From positions 14,322,001-14,386,000 of the forward strand of contig CM126228.1 of assembly GCA_052327205.1 (NCBI GenBank): a DNA stretch of 64,000 bases, given 5' to 3'. This DNA is from Somniosus microcephalus (taxonomy: Eukaryota). Both the position numbers and the translations under genes were made by a program. Each line of letters opens with the position of its first letter. Positions within the stretch are counted from its first letter, which is position 1. The notes beneath the pieces were generated by a model. The model had not been told where the DNA came from. It worked only from the letters and a program-made list of their open reading frames with translations, and ran no database searches. This document shows positions 1 to 13,274 of the stretch, piece after piece.

Positions 1-471
1 AAACTTCAAGTCACTCAAATCCATTCAAAATTAGCTTTATTTTATTTATAAAATTATAAATACTTCAAATAAATAGATGATTTATCATGACTTGCAATAG
101 TTAGACGGGGGGTCTGCATACATACTAATTAAATGACTCAGACAGAAATGGACTTCAGTACACCTCACAACCACACAGCTTTATCAAGTCACCCTGCTCC
201 AGAGAATTATCCTATTTAGCCCACTTACAGCATGGTTTTGTATAAAAGTAACTCATTTTATTCCATCTTATGGCTTGATCGGTAAATGTGCAAACATCAT
301 ATACAGCATGAATGATCCAGTTCAATCTGTCAGTTAGTTGATGTCAGATTCAGTAGTACTTGGCTGCTAACATTGGCGTCAGTGTCCCTGGGCTAGAGAG
401 ATATATATAAAAAACACAATCAGCCAGGTTCCTGCTCTACTATTCAGTGACTCCTACTATTATTCAACAGT

Positions 472-955
472 CAGCTTGGCTCAGTCAGCATCACTCAGAT
501 CTTTTAGTCAGAAGGTTATGGGTTAAGCCCCACTCTAAGACCTGAGCACATAATCTACACTGATACTACAGTGCTCTATTGAGGGAGTACTGAATATTCG
601 GACATCGTCCTTCAGATAAGATATTAAACTGAGGCCCTGCCTGCCTGCTCCAGTGGTTGAAGGAGGTGCAAGAGATCTCATGATACAATTGGAAGAAGAG
701 TAGGGAATTCTCTTGAAGTCTTGGTCAATATTCCTACCTCAAACACTACCACCAACAAAAAAGATCATAATAACTGGTCACTGATCATATTTGCTGCTTG
801 TGTGACTTTGCTGTACACAAGTTGACTGCTGCACTTACCCACATAACCTAGGAAGATTAGTTGCACTTCAAAGTAATTGACTGCATGTAAAGTGCTTTAG
901 GAAGTCCTGAGAGATTGATAAGTCTCTATATAAATGGAGATCTTTCTTTCTTTCT
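472..955 (+). mobile_element. Deu-domain tRNA-derived SINE (SacSINE1-like), diverged
   Basis: tRNA-like head GGCTCAG..GGTT.AAG.CCC, central Deu-type region, (TTTC)n tail; aligns by eye with the other copies. Confidence 0.8.
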
Positions 956-1559
956 GTGTGTGTGTGTGTATGCACGCATGCGCATGTCAATGTCGAATAG
1001 ACTTAGTTCTGATGCCCCTTCAATCAAAATAGTCTGCCGACACTTGCTATGTAGGCGCACACATGAAGAATATCCATTGGATTTGGTGCTGAAGAGCTGC
1101 TGGGGCCTGTGCAGCTAAACCCCAGAGAAAATCAGCACCTTCAGGAAAGGGAGGGAGAAAAATGAGAAGGAAAAACAAATCATTGTTTTCATGTCCTTCA
1201 GCTAACATTCTCCAATATGGGGTTAAAGAAAAAGACAATTAAAAAAAATTCTGCCCTCCTTTTCTTTGTAAAGTTTGCACCGATTGGAAAGATTGTTGGC
1301 CAACATTATGGGATGATGTTGATTCACAGAGACACATGTCAGTCACTGTGGTTAGAAGTATCCAGGCTTTTTTTTAAGAAGGTGTGCGCTTTTGGAGATT
1401 CACCAACGAGAGTCAGAGACAGCGAGTGAAGAGAAATCAAAACTGGATTCCACTGTTCTCAAGAGTTATCCTGTTAAATTTGAGGCAATGCTGCTGTATC
1501 ATGTTCCCCCTTGTCCTAAAAATACAAGGAAAATGCAGGAGAGAATCCAGCCATATAGT

Positions 1560-1770
1560 CAGCGATTACACTAAGCTTGCACAGATCCCTGGTGAGGCCA
1601 CAATTGGAGTGCTGCATCTAGTTTTGAACATCCTACCTTCGGAAGGAAATTGATATATTGGAGAGGGTTGAGAGAAGAGAGACACGGATGATTCCAGGAC
1701 TCAGGGCTCTAAGTTATGAGGAATGACTCACAAAACAAAACTGGTTTTCATTGCAGAAAAAAAGATTGGG
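1560..1770 (+). mobile_element. Degraded CR1 fragment
   Basis: Remnant of the LVRP.LEY...LERVQRR..RMIPGL..LSYEE motif at the DNA level. Confidence 0.55.
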
Positions 1771-2010
1771 TTGGAGAGAGGGGAGGGCATGACCCAATGT
1801 GTCAAAATTTATCAGGGGTCCTGAGCTAGGGATGGAAAAACTCAACCAGAATTCCCACTACTGATCACGATCCTTTGAATTCTGTTGGATAATCAACACG
1901 TGTGACCATTAGGTGAGCACACATTTGGGCTCAGTTACATTGCCCACCAAGTTGAATGGTCTTCATTTAGGATCATACATGCAGAATGGCCATTTGGTTG
2001 AGCTATCAAT

Positions 2011-2172
2011 ACATAGAAACATAGAAGATAGGAGCAGGAGTAGGCCATTTGGCCCCTCGAGCCTGCTCCACCATTTAATGAGATCATGGCTGATCATCCA
2101 AATTCAGTACCCTGTCCCTGCTTTCTCCCCATATCCCTTGATCCCTTTAGCCTTAAGAAATATATCTAACTC
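2011..2172 (-). mobile_element. CR1 3' end
   Basis: ACATAGAAACATAGAAGATAGGAGCAGGAGTAGGCC; nearly identical to the copy at 38442. Confidence 0.9.
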
Positions 2173-3517
2173 TGATTGTAGGCTGATACGCACAGCTAAA
2201 AATAGAAACAAAATTAATTTTGCATCGCATCTTTAGTAAAAATTAAAATTCTGCTATATACACTACAAAGTTGCCTGTAAGCAAGCGGCAAAAGCAAAAC
2301 GTATTTATATTCGGCAAGTTTTTTTTAATAAACTGAGTTGAGGGAAGAGGCAGCAGCTGAAGATGGGAGCATTTTAAAACTATTTAGATTGTTTTGCCTC
2401 GGTGAAAGAAAAAAGACTCACTAGACATGCTGATGTTGAAAAATGCTTTTCAGTTTGTAAAGAGACTGCCAGTAAACAATACAACTGTTTTCAAAAGGAG
2501 CTTCTGTTTGTTTAAGATCTCTCCCACTTCCCTTCAGTTCTCACTACATTTTCTTCCCTTGCAAGCCACTCACCAGCACGCCTCCCTCTCCAACAAACTG
2601 CTGTTCTCAACTGACACCGACCCTGCTCCAACTTCTAGTTGGTATTGATTGAAACCAGTACAAGAGCCCAACCCATCTGAACAAATTCCAACTGGAATTT
2701 AGAGGAGGAAGAGCAACTCGTAATTGGCTTGGCTGAATCACGGCATCTGCTCAGCAAGGAATGGTAGCTTATCCTCTACCATGATTCCTGCTTCACCCTC
2801 CCCCACTGTCCAAAGATATAATCATAAGATGCAGCATCTCAGTTTCATGTGACAGCCCCTGCAACAGTCCAATTGGGAAACTGGAAAATTTATTTTAGAT
2901 TTCGAAATCCAGGCAAAGGACCAAGGATAGTGCAAGGTGGCTTCAAGGTAGGAAAGAATAGGGGTAAATATGAGGCAAATCAAAAAATAGCGATTAGATG
3001 GCACTTTTTTTAGGTTTTGAAAGCCTTTAGATTTTAGAACGAAGGGAAGACTGAGAGAGTCCAGGCATTCCACAGTTCTCAGGTCCTAGGAAAGAATAAG
3101 TTAGAGCATGATGGTGCTGCAAGTCTTCATTTCAATGCAGAGAGGAATTAGAGTGTGTAGGGTGCGTTATTCTGAATTTGAAAGGAATGAGAGAGAACAT
3201 TTCAGAGTAGCAATGGCCATAGTGGTTTTGATAAAAAGGTGTAAGAGACAGAGAGAGAGAGAGAGAGAGACGGACAGAGACATAGAGAAAGAGACAGCGA
3301 AAGACAGAGACAGTGAGACAGAGGGATTAATTTCAAATTAAACCCATCTGGCCGGAATCTGACGCAATTGGATCAGCCGCCTGTTTTACACCCCATCTGA
3401 TTTTACACTCCATTGAAGGCAATCCAATCCCATCAGCTTCCCATCAAATAGATTAGGTTAAAATTATCCCCCAAAAATTAGAGGTGCTGGGGATTTTAAG
3501 ATGAAAAAGAAGGTAAA

Positions 3518-3968
3518 GAATTTGCAATAGCGCTTTTTATGTCAAAGCATCCCAAAGCACTTCTTAATCAGTGTATTATTTTTGAAGTGCAGTCACTGTT
3601 GCCAGGTCAGAAAATTCTGCATCCAAATTGTGCACAACCAGGTCCCACAAACAGCAACGAGTTAAATGACCAATTAATCCAATTTTGGTGGTGTTGGCTG
3701 AGGGATAACCATTGTACCAGGGCACTGAGAGAACTCACTGCTCTTTTTTTAAATAGGGAAATGGGATCTTTTACATCCATTTGAACACGTACATGTGGCC
3801 TCAGTTTAACATCTAATTCAAAAGACAGAACCACCAACAATACAGCACACTCTCAGTACTGCACTGGAGTATCATCTTAGATTATCTGCTCAAATCCTGG
3901 AGTCGAACTTGAACCCACAATCTTCTGACTCAGACGCATGAGTACTACCACTACTGAGCCAAGCTGAC
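3518..3968 (-). mobile_element. SacSINE1-like SINE
   Basis: Reverse-complement match to the family, from tail to head. Confidence 0.8.
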
Positions 3969-4050
3969 AATTGACCAGCTGAAACTCAACTCAACTGAGG
4001 CTATCTAAAACACAGCCCACCCAAAAGTGATGAATCGTTAAACATATTGA

Positions 4051-4244
4051 TGTAAGTAAACTACTAGGCACTTGGTCTAAGCGTTAAACAAAGCTTTAAT
4101 CAATAGTTTTACAACATGGATGCCTAGTTGTGTCCTTCACTAGTTCCTGTTAAGAATGTCCTGCGCAAGCTGGACCCATGCCCGAGTATTTATACTCTCC
4201 CTGGTCAGCGCCACCCGCAGGCCGCTCAGTTGATTCATGTCACA
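4051..4244 (-). mobile_element. Solo-LTR-like repeat with CTCF motif (copy 1)
   Basis: Homologous to 48246-48477. TG..CA ends; on the minus strand TATAAATA is followed ~90 nt later by ATTAAA. No clear TSD. Confidence 0.5.
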
Positions 4245-4871
4245 TATCAGTTGAAAATAACTGAGCACCATACAGGTTTCAGGACTCTTTCTCACTCAGA
4301 AGCATCCAGAAACTGCTGTTGGAGGTCAAGGATCATAAGTGGTCCTTCCCAACAGTTCCAATTCTATTCCCAACCAGGAATCTCAGAAATTTCTATCATT
4401 TTCAATAGAAATGCGAGCATTTTTTTGGAACAATTGATGTATTTATACTGATCTTTTGGCATTGGTACGGTGCTAACCCAATGCTAACAGTTAGACTAGG
4501 TGGCATATACCACCTATCACAGGTGGTCTCATACTGGGGAAGGAAGACATTAACTGCTAGTGTGAAACTCTGCCAAAAAGGTATTTATTGAAAAACTAAA
4601 AACAAACTGTGATAGCCTGCTGTACAACGTTCACATTTAAATGTGAGTAAAGTCTTTCCAATAATTAAAAACTATATCGGTCAATCAGAGGTTGGCCAGC
4701 AATGGTTCATAGTTGTGTTGGGAAGGTATTCATTGAGATCCACCTTCCTCAATTTCACACAACGGAATGGATACACAGTTCTGGTGTCTGCTGTTTATGG
4801 CTCTCATTTATAATAGACACCCTCTCTAGCCCATGGCTCACAAACATATCATTATACATAGGCTCGTGTGA

Positions 4872-5285
4872 AAGAAGACTACCATTTATATGGCACCTTA
4901 CCACATCTGTTAGAAACATCTCAAAGCACTTCACATACAATAAATGACTTGTTGGGGAACAATTGTTGTTTAAGTAAATTCAGCAGCCATTTTGCAAACA
5001 GTATTTTCTTTTAAATGGTGTTGCTTGTGAGACAAATGTTAGTCATGAAACTGGGAGAACTCCCAACTCTTTTTCCAAGATTGCATAGAATCATTAACAA
5101 CTGGAAGAGTCAAACAGGGTCTTTGATTCATTTTTTGTCCAAGGAAAGGCACCTCTCACAGTGCAGCACACCCTTAGTACTGGACTAGAGTATCAGCCTG
5201 GATTACATGCTCATGTCCGAGAGTGGGGCTTGAACACACAACCCTCTGATTCAGAGGCAAGAGCACCACCAGAGTCAGGTTGACA
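4872..5285 (-). mobile_element. SacSINE1-like SINE, old
   Basis: Diverged reverse-complement match to the family. Confidence 0.7.
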
Positions 5286-6094
5286 CTAGTGTGAGGCTAG
5301 CATCATACTTCAACAATTCTAAGTGTACACAGGATTCTCAAGCCCCATTTTCTCACAATGTTCATTGTTGGGCAATTTACATCAGTTGGGAGAACAGTAA
5401 AATTGGGGCTGCAGACATCTCCACAGTTGCCCTGTCTTTCCTCCGTATATCAGATGGAAAATTAATTAATCTAATCGCAGCAAGCCAAGTGAATCCAGGA
5501 CATGTTCAGGCCTGGTATTTGAATTTACACCTTCCCAGCTGGATTTGGAGTGCTCAAATTCCCCAACTCCCAGGACACTCTCCACCCTCCCCTTAGCCAA
5601 ATAGTATTCTCTGTATCACAAAGCAAGGAGGTTTACATGAAACCCATAAAGGGTGGATATTTTGCTCATTTTCTCTGTTTCACTGGCATTCATTGAAAGG
5701 CTTGCCCCTCCCCCACCCATTTCTGATCATGTTTTAAGTCTGAGCTGAAATTAAGTCTCATTATTTTATTTTTGTTACATTTTTAAAAACTTTTTTATTG
5801 CCTTGGATTAACTTCCAACATCAAATTTATTCTATCCTGGAGGCACTGGCAAAATAATTAATTCAGCTCACCTGAACCTCAACGAGGAACAGTATATTTT
5901 GAGAAAGTGAACAACATGTCCTTAGAGGTGAGGATGACTCAGTAATTTGAACATGATATTTCCCTGGGAGGGGGCAGCAGAGGGATGGAATATTCCAAAG
6001 CACAAAATTGCATTAAGAAAGCCCATTCACAGCTCCTGACCCACTCATGTATGTTTTAGTTCGTAAGTTAAGAACTGGTAGAAATTTGGTTAAA

Positions 6095-6435
6095 GGGGTT
6101 GGCGGTTTAATGGTGTGTTACTGAGTCACGCAGAACAGAAGTGCCAGACTCCGTCCTGATCTGTGCTGAGGTAGCTCATCTCAGCTGGGCAGAAACTTGG
6201 GCACTACAATTGGTTTCCGCCCCTGTGTGGAGAGGGCAAAAACCAAAAGAAAAATCAGAGTAGGATTCCTGCTCTTAATGGCTGTGTGGTGACACCTCCC
6301 CCTTCTGAAAAGGGCATGTGTGTGGGCACTGGATGTGGGCAGGAGCAAGTTTGGCTGTGGCATGCCTACATTCACTAGGCACCCGAAGAATGGCCAATTG
6401 CTCGTGGAACTGTAACGCAGCAAGTGTTAGCAGTA
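6095..6435 (+). mobile_element. Second, older SINE-like family (other copies at ~330-460, 1820-2010, 7620-7745, 35270-35400, 52010-52200, 56290-56620, 57100-57205, 57690-57870, 59120-59400)
   Basis: Shared blocks TTGGCCTCAG..GGGCTAG..AAAATCAGCC.GG.TTCCTGCTC..CAGTGACCCCTG..GGCTGTGATGCC..GAAGAATGGCCA..GTGGAAC.GTACC. Family not named. Confidence 0.65.
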
Positions 6436-6603
6436 ACAAACGAGGGCAGAAAAAAACCTGACGGTTAAAAGGAAAAGATTTGAGGGTGCAAGCAACAACA
6501 AAAAATCAGGCTTTAAAATGCATTTTAAGAACATTTCAATTTAAATTCGCACTGTAAACCTCTTCAACACTGATCATTCCAGCCAAGACAAAAAGAGTAC
6601 TGC

Positions 6604-6703
6604 GCTCTGATGAAAGTTCATCGGCCTGGAACGTTAACTCTGTTTCTCTCTCCACAGATGCTGCCTGACCTGCTGAGGGTTTTCCAGCATTTTCTGTTTT
6701 ATT
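6604..6703 (+). mobile_element. Short Penelope-like unit with degenerate hammerhead core
   Basis: CTGATGAAAGTTCATCGGCCTGGAACGTTAACTCTG..GATGCTGCCTGACCTGCTGAG; 16-bp TSD with 2 mismatches (6588-6603 and 6704-6719). Confidence 0.75.
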
Positions 6704-7314
6704 ACAAAAAGAGCAGTGCTATCCTGTGGTTACACATCACATCTGTTTAAATCTGAACTACTTGTGGTGTGTTCTGTCCAAAACCATTTCAGGAGTAACC
6801 AGCTGAACCCTTGCATGGATTTTTTATATCGTCACAGTAAACAGAATAAATCCCATTATTAAAAATGAAATAAGGTTGGAATTGAGAGGGATAGGAAAAT
6901 TAAACAAATCAAAGCAGAGACTGAATATGATAAAGCAAAATTAAAAAATAAAACCCTCCATGCAGTGAGACAGGGAGTATACCCATTTATACCAGTCCTA
7001 CAGGGACACATGCACAGGGCAACCACATTTAATTTAATTTAATTAAATAAATATTTTTTCATTCAGCTCCATTTTGGAGGCACTATGCTCAACGTCAAGA
7101 CCCTCTGTCCTCACAATAATCCAACCACCATCGATCAGCAAATCTGCTTTTGTTCCAACATTTCATCAAAAAAATAGGTCACATTTAGACAGAAAATAAG
7201 CTACTCACTGTGAAAAACTGTTTCTAGGATTTTCAGATTTGACTATTAATAAAGAAATCATAAATACGTCTTAAAAAAACGTTCATAAGCCCAACATTTG
7301 TCAAAAAATATTCA

Positions 7315-7480
7315 AGTAAAAAGAAAAACTGAGTACTGAAAATACACAGAAAGTCTGTCAGCATCTGAAAGAGAAAGAGAAGAGTAGCTATCATTTTGGG
7401 TGGGTCTCCTCATCAGATCTCCATCTTAACATTAACTTTGTTTTTCTCTTTCAGAAGCTAATTAATCTGCTGTGCATATT
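7315..7480. mobile_element. Two degenerate, oppositely oriented copies of the Penelope-like unit
   Basis: Diverged matches to the unit on the minus strand (~7315-7415) and plus strand (~7425-7480). Confidence 0.4.
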
Positions 7481-10400
7481 ATATTTTAAAAGCTATTTAG
7501 ACCCAGCTGTACATGTTCTATCAGTGTTTTTCAGTAAGCTCATTTTCCTCCTCCTTTCTTTAAGGTGCTGAGTTTTGCTGGGAAAGATTCCTAGCCTGAG
7601 CCAACTTTAGCACTGTCCAACCGGGATCAGGGGATAGTGATCAGAGGTGAGAACCCTTCCATGTAAAGCCAATTGTAGCACCCAACCTGAGATTAGTCAG
7701 TTCAGCACAGACTTTCCTGATCTGTGTGCTTCAATGTCACACAGTTATCACAAGTTGCATTATTTTCCCAAATTAAATCTTAATTGTTAATTATAGAGTA
7801 AACTCTGCCCAGATCTAAAGACACTGAAAATGTTTGTCAATGGATCAAGTGTTTAATGAAATAGCTTTCTCAACATTTGACACATTCAACGTCCAGGTTT
7901 CACCGAGCCAAACATTCTCTTTCATAGTGTCATCTTGGTCATTATGAAACGGGTGGTGGGGGGAGTTATTATAAGAGAACAGGGGCTGATAATAAATTTA
8001 CAATGAAAGCAAAAAACGTCAAGAATCTGCAGCTCAACACAAAACCAGGCTGTGCGAAAACACACATTGCCCTGCTAAAACCTCACCTTTACCCCCATTT
8101 AAATGGAGACCCCATTCAGTCCAGACCAGAAGGGTCCTTGGTGAATAAGCACTCTGCCCTAATCCAGTTCATTGGGCAGCCAGTATTCAACTTAACATCC
8201 AGCTCCGTATATACACTCCATTTCTACTCAGGTCCAAACATAATTGGAGAGGGAGGCATTTGCACCAGTCACACAGGCCTTTGCCCATATACCAACCCAA
8301 ACCCACCATTAAATTGTGAACAATTTGTGCTCTAGAAGGTATTCTACTCCCGATCTACTACCAATGTCAATTATAAGTTAGAGTAACATTTGACCAGCAC
8401 AGACCAAGGGGTCAAACCTTATTCGACTCTGTGGCTCAGTAACAGGGCAAGCCCATGTTGTGGTCATTTTAATACATCAATGTACAACCTCTCCGAATAA
8501 ACAAGGTGATCATAACAGCAACACATTTCTATTTAAAGACTTCAATTAAAAACATATTTCAGTTAAATCCCTGGCTAAAAATGAAAATGTTGCCCTTTCA
8601 ACAGCAACTTATAAAAGCACATCTAATTCCACCAAAGGCACACGAGTCGCAGGCGGATTATCAAACCCAGTGTCAAACAACGGGATATTGAACTTCAGGA
8701 AAGTGTTTCCGGGCAGTGCCTGTGGGTATGTGTGAGGCAAGGCTACCATTACAACCAACTTCCCTGGCTCACAGGGTACTACATGCCTTTCCTTGATCAT
8801 CAAGAAAGTTTATGTGCCAGTTCTACAACATTGGGATAAATAGATGGGATGGCCGATAGATGATTAGAGTTGAGTTTCCAATAGTTTGGAATTGTCTTTC
8901 AGGTTGACTAATTGAGAGGTATAGTCGAGTGCTGGTTGGGATACGATTCTACGTGAACATTTTTTTGTGGTTCCCCGCCCCTCCCCATAGAGTGACTTAA
9001 ACAGGCTCCCTGACCGCACAGTGGGGAAGGCCTGCCTGGGTTACTTGCAGATCTGCAGCCGTGTAAATGGGGACATTTATCCGGCCCCAGCTCTTGCTAT
9101 TGAACCCGCATATTGGTCTGTTTATTCCAGTGTTAGTTTACATATACAAAGAAAATTAATCTTAAATTGGAAGTATTCCAAAGCCCCTCTTAAATGGGCC
9201 CCTCGTAATCAGTCAGTATTCCCCGGGCAAAGAAAAAGTGTGGGCAATAGAAAAAAGATTGAGTGATGAGTGAGCAGAAAGAGAGGCATTTGAACCCTTA
9301 TCAAAATTCAAAATCAAGTTTTGGATCAAGCTGAGTGGAGTGACTCACTGTGTGACCGAGTGACCGGATCAGTGGAAGAAATACTGCCCTCTCACCAGTC
9401 TGAAGACAGACTGACCCATACACTTGTGTTGTCTGGTGATTTACGGGTCCCAGCCCCGGAGCAAAACGCCCTATTTAAGACATTCCCCACCGCCCTACCA
9501 CCCTGAGAATAACTAGTCCAAATTTCACAAAAAGTCTATGGAAGATGTAAAACCGGTGCCAAATTTATATTTCAAACCAACATTGTATTAATCCACTAGT
9601 ACAAATACTGTGAAATTATATTATATATATAGTATATACTTCCATCACACAAATTCCATATCGGTATTTGACCTTTGAAAAAAGTGTTTTAGAATCTCGC
9701 CTAATGACTCGCTTATGTTAATGTCTATATTTATTTTATTTTTATTTGTGATATTATTTTTATTTAAAATATATTTAGCATTGTAAAATCGTCTAAAGAC
9801 TGTTTATAATTTAAGAAGGAGGTTTTGTATTCCATTTAAATTTTAAATAATTGTAAAATTAATCTTAAAGTTTAGAAAGAGCATTTGCTATAGCCATGCA
9901 GTGTGTTTCCTCGAAAGTGCTGAATTCCGACATTGACTGTGATGGAGCGGGCTTATTATAGCCCTCACAGGATTAGGTCAGATATTAGGTGGCATTTTGG
10001 AGGACCGGGAAAAAAAAAGAGCGAAAATGAGACAGACGGAACGAGGACTGCTCGTCGCAAAGTGGACATCTCATTAGAATTCAGCACCATGTCACTGGCG
10101 GATTTGAATGGACAGCTCCCAATGTGGTCTGTCTGTGATGGAGATGGGACTGAGGGTCCCTGACAGCCCCCGCCTCCTTCCAAATGAAAATAAAGAAAAG
10201 TTGGCGTTATTTCTGCTCCACTTCACCGTTCCTGGATACCCAGAGGCCGGCAGCAAACAGCTGCCACCGTTGCCTGAAAAGTGACCAAATTATCGAGAAC
10301 TTGACCTCTTAAAGGGGCCAACCTTAAACCCAATCAAAAAGTCTGGAATGCTAATCTGACTGCACATTCCGCGCCGGTTGGGTTTTGAGCGTAATCTAAT

Positions 10401-10854
10401 AAAGGAATGTTTAATCTATTTAAACCAGAGAGCTGTCTTTGGTGAGCCCCTCGCATTAAACAATTACTATGAACCCTGAGATATGCACAGCGGATTTTAA
10501 GACGCCCAGCGAATGTGCTCTCTTGATATGATAAATCGTAAGGGGGGGGAAACAATTTAAGATTTCATTGCTGCTTCGAGTCGGCTGTGGTGCTTCACAA
10601 TGTGCTCGGTTTCAAATAACATCACAGTTAGCGTTGCAAAACCAGCAATAGGTCTCTGCAATCGAGAGACTTTAGAAAATCAAGAGTTGTTAATCGTATG
10701 TAAAGGGAGATCATACTCACGTTGCTTCGCGGCCCATGCTCCTTTTTGGTATTGTCTCTAGTCGATCTAATAACTGTGGCTATGAGTTTTCTTTTCTGAC
10801 TCTTTCTTTGCATTTTCGTCATCGTTTATTCGATCTCTCTCTCCTCGAAGCTGT

Positions 10855-10943
10855 GGAAGTGGTTTCTACTTTCGGTTATCTAGCTTTATGATGGATCAGC
10901 AATACTCATACAGCTAGATAACCAAAGACAGCAGCCAACTTCC
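10855..10943 (-). ncRNA. mir-9: miR-9 precursor hairpin (paralog not assignable)
   Basis: Minus strand has exact mature miR-9-5p TCTTTGGTTATCTAGCTGTATGA (10906-10928) and miR-9-3p ATAAAGCTAGATAACCGAAAGT (10868-10889), a 16-nt loop GTATTGCTGATCCATC, a lower stem GGAAGTTGG/CCACTTCC and a CNNC motif 15-21 nt 3' of the hairpin. Confidence 0.99.
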
Positions 10944-11169
10944 GCTCCACATCTCAGGCGGTGGAAGAGGGGGTTGAAGGAGATTTCCCATCTGTCATCA
11001 AAGAAGGGAGAGAGACTATCAGCAACAAGCAACTGGCGTCTCCTCGCAGCCCTCCCTTTGCGAGCTCGGTTCTCCCTGGGCTTTGGGCAGCTTCAGGAGG
11101 GAGACGCTTAGCCCGAACGGAGCTTAGCATGTTTGCATTCAAGCCATGATCTGATCTGAGTCTCCCACA

Positions 11170-11530
11170 GCCTGAGAGAGCGCTCTCTCTCTCTCTCTCT
11201 CTCGCACTCACACACAAGATCCACTGCTATTCACATGCTAATTGGTCTTTCGGTGGTGACGGAACTGCAACGCCAGCCAATCCCAGTCTTCCACCAGCCT
11301 TATTCAAATCACAAAGATTTCCCGCCCTTTTTGCTTTCGGAAATTACCTCCAATTCAAATTGAGTCTGTCACAATTCAGTAACTGAACCTTTGGAGCTTA
11401 AAGGGTATCAGATTAAAACGATCTCCCATAGATGAGAATGCAGGAAGTGGGATTGCCGTAAGAAATGCCACAATTCAAATATTAAGAATGAATATTTTTA
11501 ACCAATCAGGAGCCAAGGGCCAGTGGTGGG
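11170..11530 (-). promoter_or_regulatory. Candidate proximal promoter of the miR-9 primary transcript
   Basis: Immediately upstream of the hairpin: (GA)n tract, three CCAAT/ATTGG boxes (~11241, ~11277, ~11502), E2F-like TTTCCCGC (~11318), ETS-like CAGGAAGT (~11441). Motifs only; TSS not visible. Confidence 0.45.
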
Positions 11531-13139
11531 AGATTTCAAATTAAATTCAAACCTCAATTCACTTTAAGCATTAAATAATTTCCTGTGTCTAAATCCAGCC
11601 ATAGGCAGAGACAAAAACTAAGGAACCACACAGGCTGCAAACTGAATCACCATTTACTGGCTAATCCGGCAAAAAAATATTTAGCACGAATCTCATTCTT
11701 AATTATAGTTACGTGCCGTTATGAAAAAACAAAGTTGATTGATTATTTCGTGTTCATGATTGCATGGAACTAGTCAGATTCCAAGCACTACCGAATTCTA
11801 ACAACATTACAGTCACCGTTCTTTTAATTTTAAAATATATGTTTTATTTTATTGCTGCAATTACAAATTATTCGCATATGTTATAACCCATACAATAAAC
11901 GATCCTCGCGAATCTGTACCGTTCACCTAATTCCTTTTCGCCACTTCGCCCTATGGCAGTAAAAGGTTCCAGAATGGGATTTGAAAATGGACTTTACTGG
12001 CAAATGAACAGGCTCATTATACACGGTCTGCAATTAGAGTACTAGGCTTGGATTCCCTGAAGAATCCCCAGAGCTCGGCTACAAAAGAGCTTACTCAAAA
12101 ATAAAAATCGTGGAACTACAGTGTAAGCCACAAGTCGTGTACCCGCTATCCATTTTCAGCCTGGGCAATTAGCGTATATTTCTTTCGCAAAGTAAACCAG
12201 ATCCAGTAAGTAACCAGGAACAACATCGACTGCAATTGAAGTGGGAACCCGAAAAGTACACGGAAATTGAAAATTCGAACGCCTTCTCGTTCTCTTATCT
12301 GCATATTTCTGGGCTGCATCTTCCAACCCACTGAATGCTTCACATTGTGGTTAAAATAATCAAGCACGCTCTGGTTCTGATTGCTCTCCTGTATTTTGCT
12401 GCTATTGCAAATATTCTCCAGTTTCCATAGAAATATGGAAAGTAAAATTAAAATAGGAACAAGGTAGGGATATTAAATACACAATAAATCTTTGTGATTT
12501 TTTGCAAAGAATATTAGACATCTATAGCCTGCGTGCGCCTAGAGATGTGGAATTATTGTTTCAAAATTAATTAATGTTAGAATTGAATAATTCTGTGTTA
12601 CAAACAGCAATGAACTGTACTTGAACTTGATATGACCTATAAAGAGAAAAGCTGGATTTTTTTGCTATTTAAATAATAATAATTCATAAAATAATGTAAC
12701 AAATGTACTGCATTTGGATTTACAGAGGATTTTTCACCGGCTCGTTAATGAGCGGTTCCTGTGTATCTGCTGGCTGGAGTTAACCCAGGATTAGTGGTTA
12801 GTCGTGGGAGTCACTTAATTTTATTTTATTTCAAGTCCTGACGACCCATAGAGCGTCAAATCTTCTAAATATAGGTTGGAGATGAGCAGAAAATAATATG
12901 TTTACCTGCGTCATAACCTTTATACACTAAATTTCCCGTCCTGGTCTTAACCTGGTTGAAAGCGTGCATCTGAGCAGTTTAGGATCCGAATTAAATGCAA
13001 AATTAGAAAAGTGAAGGGGGGTTTCTGAAATTCGTTTGGAGTTTATGCAGAATTATAATTGTGTAGATAGTATTTTTGAATCAAATAGATCTCTGGGTGT
13101 TAGCTTTTGGGATACGTATACACAAATTTGGATTTAGTA

Positions 13140-13274
13140 NNNNNNNNNNNNNNNNNNNNNNNNNNNNNNNNNNNNNNNNNNNNNNNNNNNNNNNNNNNNN
13201 NNNNNNNNNNNNNNNNNNNNNNNNNNNNNNNNNNNNNNNNNNNNNNNNNNNNNNNNNNNNNNNNNNNNNNNNNN
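13140..13274. other. Assembly gap (135 N)
   Basis: Run of N. Confidence 1.

Noticed and set aside
8690-9200. Possible ancient SINE or conserved element
   Set aside because: Only a vague resemblance and no second copy in the window, so it cannot be supported without a search.
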